In this document: piece after piece, positions 7,259-16,580 of the stretch
How positions within the stretch are numbered: position 1 is the first letter of the stretch
Layout: each line of letters opens with the position of its first letter
From: Phycisphaerales bacterium
GTDB taxonomy: Bacteria > Planctomycetota > Phycisphaerae > Phycisphaerales > Phycisphaeraceae
DNA: 64,000 nt
Assembly (NCBI GenBank): GCA_041402025.1
Contig: JAWKTA010000009.1
Location: forward strand, 32,574 to 96,573
Direction of reading: 5' to 3'
Program-made: the position numbers and the translations under genes
The notes under the pieces: generated by a model
The model's input: only the letters and a program-made list of their open reading frames with translations
Told to the model about the DNA's origin: nothing
The model's database searches: none

Positions 7259-9391
7259 TTATTCGATGCCCAGCACGTCGAGATTGCTGGCGGTGGTCTG
7301 TGCGTTTAGGCGGATGATCGGGGGCAGCTCCTGCTCGCCCACGATGATGAACTTGCGTCGGTCTTTCAGGCCCTCGGCGAGGGTGTTGAGGTACTCGCGT
7401 GCCATGAAGTATTTGGGTGCCTGGCGGTAGGCGTTCAGCAGCGAGGTGGTGCGCATCGCGCGGGCGCGTTCGTTGAGGGCGAACTCCCAGCGATAGGCGC
7501 GGGCGTCGTAGATGAGCTTTGCGGCGTTGCCGCCGGCCTCATCCAGCAGCAGCTCGATGTCGCGCTGCTTGGTCAGGACCTGGTCGGCGAGCTGGTCGGC
7601 CTTGGCGCTGTCGTAGTTGGCGGCGAGTCGCATGGCTTCCAGCGACTGCTGGAGCAAAACCACTTCCTGGATCGCCGCGTCGATAGTCAGCGCCTTGTCT
7701 TGAGAGCCGGCGATCTGGGCAAGTTCGGCGACCGCCTTGCGCTGCGCCTCCTGGATGCGGGTCTGCTTCTCCTGACGGGCGTCGATCTGCTCGTGGAACT
7801 TCTTGGCGACGTCGCCCTCACGCGGCGGATGTACGGCGTCGAGACCGGCGTAGACGATCTCCACGCCCAGGTTCATCGCGTCGGCGTCGGCCTGGATCTG
7901 TTTGCGGAGGATGTCGCCGGCCTCGATCCGCGCGCTGGTCAGCAGCTCGTCGATGTTGTGCGTGGCGTAGTATTGGTTGAAGCGGCGCTCGGATATGGCG
8001 GTGAGGAGCTTGACCGGTTCGTCGCTGGACTGGGTGTAGTCCAGCAGCCCGCCGTCGGCGATGCGGTACTTGACGATGCCAAGCCCGCCGGCGAGTTCAC
8101 CGGCGACGGCCTTGGATGCGGTGTTCTCATCGGCGCCGGCCGTCTGGCTGGGCGCGGTCACCATGTATTGCTCGCTTTCACCGGTGTGTTGCGTGGTCCA
8201 GAGGACGGCGACGTTGCGGTTGAAGTTCTCTGCGGACGAGCCGACATTGATCTCGTGGACGCGCGAGGCGTCGTACTTGTAGGCCTTGCCCAGCGGCCAG
8301 GGCAGCTTCCAGTGCAGCCCGGGGCCGACGACGCTGTGATCGGTCAACGCGCCCCAGCGAGTGATGACCGCTCGCTGGTGCGGCTGGACGAGCACGGCCG
8401 AGGTCAGCCCGAACAGGACGAAAAGCCCGACGAGGGTCAGCGGTGTGACGGCCTTGGCGAGCAGGCGGTAGAACCAGCTTTCCGATACCTCGAAGCCGAA
8501 CTGGTAGTTGATGGCCTCGCCGATGATCTTGCCCAGCGACTCGTGGTGCGTGAGCCAGCCGAGCAGCCGGCTATCGAACGCAGGGCGCGGGCGGACACCG
8601 GGGCGTCGCGGCTGGTAGAAGCCGAAGATCAGCGACAAGAGCATCTCCGCGCCCAACAGGATCATCATGGCGGGCACGACAACCGCGAGCACGGGGAACA
8701 CTTCGGCCAGATTCAGCGCCTCACAGACGGCGACCGCGATCAGCAGCACCGTGGCGACGGCGTTGCCCATAAGGTAGCTGGCGCCACCGCGGAGATGCCG
8801 CCATTCTTCGACCTTGGTCATGCCGGCGACATACCGGGCAACCAGGAACGCGGGGAAGGCGATCATGAAAGCGACGATGGCGACGGCCCCGGCGCTGCTG
8901 CCGGTGAACCCGCCGCCGGCGCGGACCATGTCGGCGATATCGCTGAAGAAGCTGCCAGCCTCGACACCCCTGGTCGAGCGGTAGGCCGCGACCGCGCCGA
9001 AGAGCATGAACGTGCCGACCGAGAGCAGGTAGATCGAGACGACGAGACTGACCAGGCCCGTGCCGTACTTATAAAGACGGTCCAGGCGTTTCTGCGCGAT
9101 CTGGAGCTGTTGGCCGGCCTCTTCGAAGAGCGCGGCGGTGCGCGCGTCCTCGGCGGCGAGCTGTTCGGTTTCCAGGGCCTCGACACGTTCGAGGCGGTGC
9201 TGGTTATAGATCAGCCAGAGGATGGCCCAGATAGGCAGGCCGCCGATGAAGTACCAGGCGATGGCGTTGACACCGGAGGCCCCGGCGTAGAGGCCGGTGA
9301 GCGAGACGAGGATGGACAGGACGACCTGTGTCGCCAGGCCGATCAGGGCCGCGGTGGACGCTCGTCGGTAGGTTTCTTGATCGTGACTCAT
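7259..9391 (-). CDS. polytopic membrane protein fused to an SPFH/band-7 domain
   Basis: 710 aa. About 330 aa with multiple hydrophobic helices come first. The SPFH-like core starts at VLVQPHQRAVITRWGALTDHSVVGPGLHWKLPWPLGKAY and is followed by a coiled-coil-like tail. It is the first gene of the minus-strand run 9391->3786. Confidence 0.7.
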   Translation of the reverse strand: MSHDQETYRRASTAALIGLATQVVLSILVSLTGLYAGASGVNAIAWYFIGGLPIWAILWLIYNQHRLERVEALETEQLAAEDARTAALFEEAGQQLQIAQKRLDRLYKYGTGLVSLVVSIYLLSVGTFMLFGAVAAYRSTRGVEAGSFFSDIADMVRAGGGFTGSSAGAVAIVAFMIAFPAFLVARYVAGMTKVEEWRHLRGGASYLMGNAVATVLLIAVAVCEALNLAEVFPVLAVVVPAMMILLGAEMLLSLIFGFYQPRRPGVRPRPAFDSRLLGWLTHHESLGKIIGEAINYQFGFEVSESWFYRLLAKAVTPLTLVGLFVLFGLTSAVLVQPHQRAVITRWGALTDHSVVGPGLHWKLPWPLGKAYKYDASRVHEINVGSSAENFNRNVAVLWTTQHTGESEQYMVTAPSQTAGADENTASKAVAGELAGGLGIVKYRIADGGLLDYTQSSDEPVKLLTAISERRFNQYYATHNIDELLTSARIEAGDILRKQIQADADAMNLGVEIVYAGLDAVHPPREGDVAKKFHEQIDARQEKQTRIQEAQRKAVAELAQIAGSQDKALTIDAAIQEVVLLQQSLEAMRLAANYDSAKADQLADQVLTKQRDIELLLDEAGGNAAKLIYDARAYRWEFALNERARAMRTTSLLNAYRQAPKYFMAREYLNTLAEGLKDRRKFIIVGEQELPPIIRLNAQTTASNLDVLGIE

Positions 9392-9577
9392 CGTGTTCCC
9401 TGGTGCCGCGGCCGGGGTGTGTCGGCGTGCGGCGGTTGATTAGCGTACATTAAAGCGTGTGTCGGCTCGGCCCGGGGCAAACCCGGCGGGCCGACCGGCC
9501 GTATGATAGGGGCCAACGCCCCCGACGCCCCCGTTGGTACTCTGACCCGTTTCGTTCACCCGGATACGACGACCCCC

Positions 9578-10645
9578 ATGTTCCAGCAGCTCGTGACCAT
9601 CGCGCACAATACGTTCACCGAATCGATCCGCCAGCCGATCTTCGTGATCCTGGTGCTGCTGGGCGCGCTGCTGATGGTGCTGGCCCCGCAGCTGGCGGCC
9701 TACACGATGGAAGACGACAACAAGATGCTCATCGACATGGGCATGAGCACGATCTTCTTCATGTGCCTGCTGCTGTCGGCGTTCACGGCGACGGGCGTGT
9801 TCTCCAACGAGATCGAGAACAAGACCGTGCTGACGGTCGTGAGCAAGCCGGTCAGCCGGCCGCTGTTCGTGGTCGGCAAGTACCTGGGCGTGTCGGTCGC
9901 GATCTCGCTGGCGTTCTTCCTGCTGAGCACGGTGCTGGTGCTGGCGATCCGCCACCGCGTGATGTCCACCGCCAGCGACCACTTCGACATGCCCGTGATC
10001 CTGTTCGGCGTGGGCGGGGCGTTGTTCGCGATTATCTTCGCGACCGCGGCGAACTACCTCTACAACAAGGTCTTCACCTCGACGCTGGCCGTGGTCCTTC
10101 TGATCACGCAGGCGATTGCGCTTGGGCTGGTGCTGGTGATCAACAAGAAGTGGGGCCTGCAGTCGCCGTTGACCGAGTTCACGGATCACGGAGGCGAGCT
10201 GACGCAGGTCATTGTCGGGCTGGGGCTGGTGTTCCAGGCGGTGCTGGTGCTGACCGGCGTGGCCGTGGCCGCCTCGACGCGGCTGGGGCAGGTGATGACG
10301 CTGATGATCTGCGTCGGCGTGTTCCTGCTGGGGCTTGCCAGCAACTCGCTTAGCCAGATGGTCAACAGCCGGCTGTCGATCCCGATCGGCACCGACTACT
10401 ACCAGAGCCTCTCGGCGATCATGCACGCGGACCTGGCGTTGTACCAGAAGGTCGTCTACGCGGCCGCCAAGTTCCTGTACATGCTGGTGCCCAACCTGCA
10501 GTTCTTCTGGTCCGCCGACGCGATCACGCAGGGCACGCCGATCACCGCCGGGCTGTTCGGCCTGGTCAGCGGGTACGCGGCTTTGCAGGTCATGGCCGTG
10601 CTCGCCGTCGCGGTGGCGCTGTTCCAGAACCGCGAGGTCGGGTAA
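9578..10645 (+). CDS. ABC-2-type transporter permease-like membrane protein
   Basis: The start is placed at the internal ATG (MFQQLVTIAHNTFTESIRQPIFVILVLLGALLM). It has multiple TM segments and FSNEIENKTVLTVVSKPVSRPLFVVGKYLG, which is typical of ABC-2 permeases. It is divergent from the SPFH operon. Confidence 0.65.
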   Translation: MFQQLVTIAHNTFTESIRQPIFVILVLLGALLMVLAPQLAAYTMEDDNKMLIDMGMSTIFFMCLLLSAFTATGVFSNEIENKTVLTVVSKPVSRPLFVVGKYLGVSVAISLAFFLLSTVLVLAIRHRVMSTASDHFDMPVILFGVGGALFAIIFATAANYLYNKVFTSTLAVVLLITQAIALGLVLVINKKWGLQSPLTEFTDHGGELTQVIVGLGLVFQAVLVLTGVAVAASTRLGQVMTLMICVGVFLLGLASNSLSQMVNSRLSIPIGTDYYQSLSAIMHADLALYQKVVYAAAKFLYMLVPNLQFFWSADAITQGTPITAGLFGLVSGYAALQVMAVLAVAVALFQNREVG

Positions 10646-10745
10646 GGCATCCGCCGCGTGACGATGGATCGGATTGTTCCGGTCGGTTCCAGACAACGTT
10701 GATTCAGGCTCCGGGGTATCCGGGGGTTCCGGGATTCAAAACGGT

Positions 10746-12755
10746 TTAAGCGATCACGGGCGAAGCCCCGGCATGCGCGTCGTCGGCTTTCTGCGCCTTG
10801 GCCTGCGAGGCCTGAAGCGCCTGGTGCTCGGCCTGCTCGATGTCCTCGCCGCAGCGCACCAGGCGGGCGGAGTTGAACACCACGATCAATGAGCTGACCA
10901 CGTGCAGGAGCGCCGCGACGACCGGCGGGATGTGGCCCGTGCCGGCGATGACCAGGAACAGGAGGATGAACCCCCCGCCGATGGCCATGTTCTGCTTGAT
11001 CACCGCGCTGGTCTGGCGCGACAGCCGGACCAGGAACGGGATGCGGTTTAGGTTGTTGTTCATCAGCGCGATGCTGGCGGAGTGGATGGCGACGTCGCTG
11101 CCGGCGGCGCCCATGGCGATGGAGATGTCGCCGGCCTTGAGCGCGGGCGCGTCGTTCACGCCGTCGCCGATCACCGCGACGCGGTGGCCCCGGCCCTTGA
11201 GGTCATCCACCATCTCGAGCTTCTGGTGCGGCAGCACCTCGGCGCGGTACTCGGTGTGCATCTGGGCCGCGACACGCTTGGCGACGCTCTCGCGGTCGCC
11301 GGTGACGATGATCAGGCGCTTCAGGCCCATCTCTCGCAGGTCGTCCATCGCGCCGGCGGCCTGCGGGCGGGTGTTGTCTTCCAGGCCCAGCCAGCCCAGG
11401 AACCGGCCGTTACGCACCACGAACAGCGTGGACAGGCCCTCGGCGTCCGGGTCGGCCATGGCCTGATCGACCTGGTGGCGGATATGGTCGTCGTGCAGCT
11501 CCTGGGTGATCCAGTTGCCCCGGCCGACCAGCGTGGTCTGGCCGTCGATGGTGGCGCGGACGCCTTTGCCGGCCTCTTCGTGGAACTCGTTGGGGTCGGT
11601 TAGGTGCAGCTTGGCCTTGCGGGCGACCTCGAACACAGCCCGGGCGACCGGGTGCCGCGACCGCTGCTCGGCCGAGGCGGCGGCCTGGAGCAGTTCGGCA
11701 CCCTCCACGCCCTCGGCGGGGGTCAGTCGGGTCACTTCGAGCTGCCCGGTGGTCAGCGTGCCCGTCTTGTCGAAGACCATCGCGGTGAGGTTTCGTGCCC
11801 CTTCCAGGTCAGTCACAGATTTCACGAGTACGCCCAGCCGGGCCGCCGCGGAGATCGCCGCAACCATCGCGGTGGGGGTGGCGAGGATCAGCGGGCAGGG
11901 GCAGGCGATCACGAGCATGGAGATCGCCGCGACCGCCGCCGCCTCGGGGTTGGTCTGTGAGGTGTAGAACCAGACAATAAAGACGATCATCACGACCGTC
12001 GGGGTGTACCAGCCGGCGTAGCTGTCGATCATCCGCATCAGCGGGATCTTGGTGCGCTCGGCCTCAAGGATCATGTCTTTGACACGGCCTAAAGTTGTGT
12101 CTTCACCAGCTTTAGTGACTTGAATATCCATCGAGCCAGTGAGGTTGATCGTGCCGCCGAAGACCTCGGCACCCTCGGCTTTGTCGGCGGGGATGGATTC
12201 GCCGGTGATGTTGGCCTGGTTGACGGTGGAGGAGCCGGAGACGACCAGGCCGTCGGCGGGGATGTTGTCGCCGGGGCGGACGCGGACGATGTCGCCGGGG
12301 ATCAGGTCCCGGGCCTCGACCTGCGTCTCCACGCCGTTATCGACCTTGCTGGCCTTGGTGGGGGTGATGCGGACCAAGGCCTCGATGTCCCGCTGGGCGC
12401 CCAGGGCGGTGCGGTTCTCGATCAGGACCGAGATAATCATGAAGAAAGCGATGAAGCCGGCCTCGATGTACCAGCCCTTGGCGAAAGCGGCGAGCACGGC
12501 CAGAGCAACCAGCTCGTTCATGTGCATGTGCCCTTGCCATAAGTCTTTAAGCGCGACCCAGACCAACGGCGCACCCAGCAATACCGTCGCGATCCCGGCC
12601 AGGAGGTCCGAGGGGTCGGCGTTGTCGAAGGTCATCCGGGCGATCAGCGCGCAGATCAGCAGCGTCCCGCCTAGGAGCGTTGCGATGATTTCGACGCTGA
12701 CTTTCCCCGTTTTAGATTTTAAAGCCAGGTCTTCCGTCAGATAGTCATGGGCCAT
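10746..12755 (-). CDS. heavy-metal-translocating P1B-type ATPase (CPC motif) with no N-terminal HMA domain
   Basis: TGES, ACPCPLILATPTA, DKTGTLT, HPVARAV, VTGD and GDGVNDAPAL are all present and in order. The N-terminus goes straight into TM helices. Confidence 0.9.
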   Translation of the reverse strand: MAHDYLTEDLALKSKTGKVSVEIIATLLGGTLLICALIARMTFDNADPSDLLAGIATVLLGAPLVWVALKDLWQGHMHMNELVALAVLAAFAKGWYIEAGFIAFFMIISVLIENRTALGAQRDIEALVRITPTKASKVDNGVETQVEARDLIPGDIVRVRPGDNIPADGLVVSGSSTVNQANITGESIPADKAEGAEVFGGTINLTGSMDIQVTKAGEDTTLGRVKDMILEAERTKIPLMRMIDSYAGWYTPTVVMIVFIVWFYTSQTNPEAAAVAAISMLVIACPCPLILATPTAMVAAISAAARLGVLVKSVTDLEGARNLTAMVFDKTGTLTTGQLEVTRLTPAEGVEGAELLQAAASAEQRSRHPVARAVFEVARKAKLHLTDPNEFHEEAGKGVRATIDGQTTLVGRGNWITQELHDDHIRHQVDQAMADPDAEGLSTLFVVRNGRFLGWLGLEDNTRPQAAGAMDDLREMGLKRLIIVTGDRESVAKRVAAQMHTEYRAEVLPHQKLEMVDDLKGRGHRVAVIGDGVNDAPALKAGDISIAMGAAGSDVAIHSASIALMNNNLNRIPFLVRLSRQTSAVIKQNMAIGGGFILLFLVIAGTGHIPPVVAALLHVVSSLIVVFNSARLVRCGEDIEQAEHQALQASQAKAQKADDAHAGASPVIA

Positions 12756-12970
12756 AGCGCGCGGTTCCTGGATGTCCGATAACCCGGCTGGTTTAAGCCG
12801 GGCGAATAACGGGTGTTAACCAATACGTCGGGTATGCTAGAAAGTTCGCGCCAAACCTTCCAATCGGGGTAGATTTGACCCGCAATCCCGATGTGCTGAC
12901 GGGGGTTCGAGGGGTGATCTACGGCGTGCGACAGTAGAGCCTTCAGCGCTGGTGATGGATTCTGACTAGA

Positions 12971-12995
12971 CCCCAGACCCTGGACCCTGGACCCC
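12971..12995 (-). repeat. second G-tract repeat (G-rich on the minus strand) in the leader/promoter region of the P1B ATPase
   Basis: The plus strand reads CCCCagaCCCtggaCCCtggaCCCC. The minus strand reads GGGGtccaGGGtccaGGGtctGGGG, giving four G-runs with 3-4 nt loops. Confidence 0.55.
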
Positions 12996-13080
12996 AAGAT
13001 ACCCGGCCCTTCGCGGCGCCCAGGGCCGGCGTTGGGGCGCGGAGCATCACATCCGACCGATACCCGACCTCCCCGCGCAT

Positions 13081-13129
13081 AAAAAAATCCCGCAGCCAGA
13101 TCCGCTAGAACGCTGGTCTGACTGCGGGA
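13081..13129 (-). terminator. rho-independent terminator (minus strand) after the small membrane-protein gene
   Basis: Stem tcccgcag(13088-13095)/ctgcggga(13122-13129) with additional internal pairing. On the minus strand it is followed by a run of seven U (plus-strand aaaaaaa at 13081-13087). Confidence 0.6.
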
Positions 13130-13194
13130 CCACTTGGAGGACGATGTTAGGCGGCGTCGATCGGGAAGTCCCGGCACACCGCGGAAAAACTATT

Positions 13195-13512
13195 TTAAGC
13201 CCTGACGGGCACCTCGATGGCCACCCCGGGCCGGTACCACGGATTTTTAACAACACGCCGCTGCGTCAGCTCGCGGAGCTTACGATGCAGGGCCACGAGA
13301 CGCAGCCGGCCGAACGCCACGATCAGCATCATGCCGATCCCCTGCAGGGCCAGCGTTGCGTCCAACGCGCTGACCAGCAACTGCCCGCGCTCATCCAGCA
13401 TCGGGCTTAGACCGAACTGAGCCACGCCCATCAAGGCAACCGCGACCAGGCAGCCCTTGGCCGCACGCTTGATCGCTGTGTTTCGGTTGCTGATGTTCAT
13501 CGCGGCACGCAT
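13195..13512 (-). CDS. hypothetical small membrane protein
   Basis: The start is chosen at the internal ATG, preceded by gaAGGAatggaacc. There are two hydrophobic segments (CLVAVALMGVAQFGL, ALQGIGMMLIVAF). I recognised no homology. Confidence 0.4.
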   Translation of the reverse strand: MRAAMNISNRNTAIKRAAKGCLVAVALMGVAQFGLSPMLDERGQLLVSALDATLALQGIGMMLIVAFGRLRLVALHRKLRELTQRRVVKNPWYRPGVAIEVPVRA

Positions 13513-13914
13513 GGTTCCATTCCTTCTCGATCGGAAGCGACGAGGGACAACCCTTCCCGGCAGCACGGCCACCGGTCGCTTAACGACTTTTCCCAACCTG
13601 ACTGAATCTCGGCGATCGGCTGCTACTGCTTTGCCCTGTCACCGGTCGGGTAGTTGGCCCGACGCCCCTATAGTTGCAAAGCCCGTGCCAATTCGTTCAT
13701 TCCCCGTTTTAATCGCCTAAACGTGATTTCCCCGTATTGGCCATGCTTATGTAATCATCAGAGGCTCATTACACGCGCAGTTAGTAGGCGGAAACCGGGC
13801 CGTGTTAAGATCGTGTCAGTCCGAACCGGGCCATGTTCATCGTTAAGATGGATGGTTTTCGCAGCCGCCACAACATTTCGTTAAGCACGTTAACTTACGA
13901 ACCGGAGAATCCCC

Positions 13915-14586
13915 ATGCCACTATCCATTACTTACCTGGGCCACTCGGGTTTCCTGTTTTGTGATGGCCAACACACGCTCGCCGTCGATCCGTTCCTCAC
14001 CGGCAACCCGCTGGCGAAGCACAAACCTCAGGACATCGCCTGCAACTACATCGCGCTGACGCACGGCCACGCCGACCACTTCGGCGACACGCTCCCGATC
14101 GCCAAGCGCAACAACGCCACCGTCATCGCCGCGTTCGAGATATGCGAATACTGCGCCGAGCAGGGCATCGAGAAGTGCGACCCCGGCAACCCCGGCGGCC
14201 GGGTCTACACCGACTTCGGCTACATCGCGTTCACCCCCGCGTTCCACTCATCGAGCTACCAGGGACGGTACATGGGCCAGCCCTGCGGCCTGATCATCTC
14301 GATGGGTGGACACAAGATATACCACGCCGGCGACACCGCGCTCTTTGGGGACATGAAGCTCATCGGCGAGATCGGCAAGCCCGACATCGCCATGCTACCC
14401 GTCGGCGACCGTTTTACCATGGGCCCGAAGCTCGCCACCTACGCCGCCGAATGGGTCAAGCCCAAAACCGTCATCCCCGTGCACTATAAAACCTTCCCGC
14501 TATTGACCGACGACATCAGCGAGTTCCAGCCCAGGGGCGTGGTGGTCAAGGCGATGCAGCCGGGGGAGGTGTGGGAGTGCGATTAA
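13915..14586 (+). CDS. metallo-beta-lactamase-fold hydrolase, UPF0173 family
   Basis: MPLSITYLGHSGFLF, DPFLTGNP, LTHGHADHFGD and YHAGDTALF are characteristic of the UPF0173 metal-dependent hydrolases. Confidence 0.8.
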   Translation: MPLSITYLGHSGFLFCDGQHTLAVDPFLTGNPLAKHKPQDIACNYIALTHGHADHFGDTLPIAKRNNATVIAAFEICEYCAEQGIEKCDPGNPGGRVYTDFGYIAFTPAFHSSSYQGRYMGQPCGLIISMGGHKIYHAGDTALFGDMKLIGEIGKPDIAMLPVGDRFTMGPKLATYAAEWVKPKTVIPVHYKTFPLLTDDISEFQPRGVVVKAMQPGEVWECD

Positions 14587-14769
14587 TCTGACATGACTCG
14601 CGTTCAATATAGAACTGTCCATATTCAGCCCCATGTGGATGACGTGGGACGGTGAACAATCATGCGCCATATATCAATCGTGCGGAAAAGGTTCGATAAA
14701 TTAAACCGCCCCCGGGACTACCGGCACAACCCCGCCTAGAATCACGCCCACACCCACAAGGAGCCGATC

Positions 14770-15267
14770 TTGAACCGTATGTGTGTTACCGTCCGGATTC
14801 TGTGTCTTTGTCTGTTGGTGAATTTCACCGCCGGTTGCGGGGTGGAGCTGGCGATGCTGGGGGCGGCGACGTCGGCGGCCTCGTCCGGGTCGGCGGTCTA
14901 TAAGCGGGGCAAGCTCAACGCGTCGTGGATGGCGTCATTCGACCAGGTCGTCGCCGCGGGCGAGGGCGCGTTTGATGACCTGGGCATGAAGGTCACACAA
15001 TCCAAGGGCGACGAAGCCAAGGGCAACTGGACGATCGTGGCGATCAACGACGACAAAAACAAGGTGAAGCTCAAGGTGGATCGCAAGACGGAGAGCCTGA
15101 CGGAGTTTCAGCTCGACGTCGGCCTGTTCGGCAAGGAGCCCACGGCCCGGCTGATCCTCAAACGCATGGCGGTCGCGCTGCAGGTCGGTGCAACTGAAGT
15201 CGGCACGGACGAGGCGCTGTATATCCCCGCGCCGCCCTCGACGGCTGACGAGCAGTTCTCACATTAG
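14770..15267 (+). CDS. lipoprotein (DUF3568-like)
   Basis: Signal peptide with lipobox LLVNFTAGC. A TTG start sits 6 nt after AAGGAG, with an alternative ATG at 14779. The body resembles the small DUF3568 lipoproteins. Confidence 0.6.
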   Translation: MNRMCVTVRILCLCLLVNFTAGCGVELAMLGAATSAASSGSAVYKRGKLNASWMASFDQVVAAGEGAFDDLGMKVTQSKGDEAKGNWTIVAINDDKNKVKLKVDRKTESLTEFQLDVGLFGKEPTARLILKRMAVALQVGATEVGTDEALYIPAPPSTADEQFSH

Positions 15268-15305
15268 CACATGACGCGCAGGCCGTACGTCTAGGTATTT
15301 CTGTT

Positions 15306-16400
15306 CTACGCAGCCTTCGCGGCCTGCTTGATGTTGTCGGCGAGGATCGGGAAGGTGCTCGTCGCGTGGCACTTGGGGGTGTGGAGCGTGACCTCGATCT
15401 GCCAGTCGGTGCGCGGGTATTCCCAACGGCTAAAGGGCGTGCTGGGGTGGCGCTTCTTGTCGGGCACCTCGAAGCTGAACTCACCGTGGAGTGTCTCGCC
15501 GGCACGCACGGCACGGTCTTCGGCGAGCATCTGTGAGGCGGTGAAGTAGCGCACCGAGCCAAGCCCGTCCTGGCGGGTGCAGGTCAGCACGACGCGCAGC
15601 TCGCGCACGATGGTGTCACGCAGGAACGGCTGCTCAACGCGGATGATGATCGGCTTGTTCAGGTGCGCGATCTTCTGGGTCATGTGCGCCTTGGGCGCAC
15701 CCAGGCGCGACGCGATGCCCATCGCGGACATCGCGTGGTAAACCAGCCAGAGGCCCGCCACGGCGTAGAGCACGGACGAAACCGCGGACTTCAGTTCGTA
15801 GGCCGGCGGCGTCATGGCGTAGTAGTGCGCGATCGCCAGCCCGCCGAGCAGGTACCACAGCAAAGCCGCGGCGCACCAGCCCATCGCGCGGTCGGCGTGC
15901 GAGCCGCCGGGCGTCAGGTCGTACCAGTCGAACGGCCCGCCGGTGATAGCGACCGGTTCGTGCGCGAACACGCCGCCACGGCGCATCGGCAGGATGCCTA
16001 AGCCGAACAGCGTCAGCCCCGCGAGGATCAGGCCGTACGGCCGGAACCGCCCGATCGGCAGCAGGTAGGCTTCGGCCGGATCGTACGGGTTGTAATAAGC
16101 GGTCGAGCCTTCCGCCCGGATGCGGCGCGTCACGGAATCCGCCCAGTCGCGTGAGCCGTGGATCCTGAGCGGCGCGGCGCGATCGCCCTGGTAGGTCTTG
16201 CCCCTGACGTTGTAGGCGAACTCCAGGTCCGGCTCGAATCCGCCGAGCTTGCTGGCGCGCACGTCGTTGGTCACCACCGACGCGGGCGCGGGCTGGAACG
16301 TCGCCAGCATCTGTTGCTGACGCCACGCGCCGTGGATGCCCAGCCCGATCAGCAGGCCGGCGGCCAGGGCAAGCAGGATGAGGTAACCGGCGATCCGCAT
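15306..16400 (-). CDS. membrane protein with an N-terminal DUF3592-like domain
   Basis: N-terminal TM, then a beta-rich segment (EFAYNVRGKTYQGDRAAP...YYNPYDPAEAYLLP), several TM helices and a C-terminal soluble domain. Confidence 0.6.
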   Translation of the reverse strand: MRIAGYLILLALAAGLLIGLGIHGAWRQQQMLATFQPAPASVVTNDVRASKLGGFEPDLEFAYNVRGKTYQGDRAAPLRIHGSRDWADSVTRRIRAEGSTAYYNPYDPAEAYLLPIGRFRPYGLILAGLTLFGLGILPMRRGGVFAHEPVAITGGPFDWYDLTPGGSHADRAMGWCAAALLWYLLGGLAIAHYYAMTPPAYELKSAVSSVLYAVAGLWLVYHAMSAMGIASRLGAPKAHMTQKIAHLNKPIIIRVEQPFLRDTIVRELRVVLTCTRQDGLGSVRYFTASQMLAEDRAVRAGETLHGEFSFEVPDKKRHPSTPFSRWEYPRTDWQIEVTLHTPKCHATSTFPILADNIKQAAKAA

Positions 16401-16580
16401 GTTTATCAGGATCGACCCGACAGGCCCGATACCTCACCACCGACACGACAACTTTCGTGTCTTTACCCCGCCGGCGCCCGGACATCCCGGTGACTTGCCG
16501 CAGGTTCGCCAGACGCCCCGGAATACCACCCCGCAGTAACACCCGCGACGCCGGGCCGATCGGCAGGTATTATCGGCCGC

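Noticed and set aside
6106-9439. Plus-strand ORFs 6106..7257 (383 aa) and 7700..9439 (579 aa), antisense to the SPFH genes
   Set aside because: These are low-complexity G/D/L/V/R-rich translations without motifs, and they are mirror frames of well-supported minus-strand genes.
9503-9577. Upstream ATG at 9503 as the start of the ABC-2 permease
   Set aside because: The extra 25 residues (MIGANAPDAPVGTLTRFVHPDTTTP) are not hydrophobic or conserved-looking. The family-typical N-terminus MFQQLVTIAHNTFTESIRQP begins at 9578.
9440-10696. 418-aa minus-strand ORF overlapping the ABC-2 permease gene
   Set aside because: Its composition is dominated by R/H/D/Q/G runs typical of the antisense frame of a GC-rich gene. 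It has no recognisable motifs, whereas the plus-strand frame encodes a coherent multi-TM permease.
15634-16542. 302-aa minus-strand ORF in an alternative frame of the DUF3592 membrane-protein gene
   Set aside because: The translation is Arg/Pro/Gly-rich with no TM segments or motifs. The 15306..16400 frame gives a coherent membrane protein.
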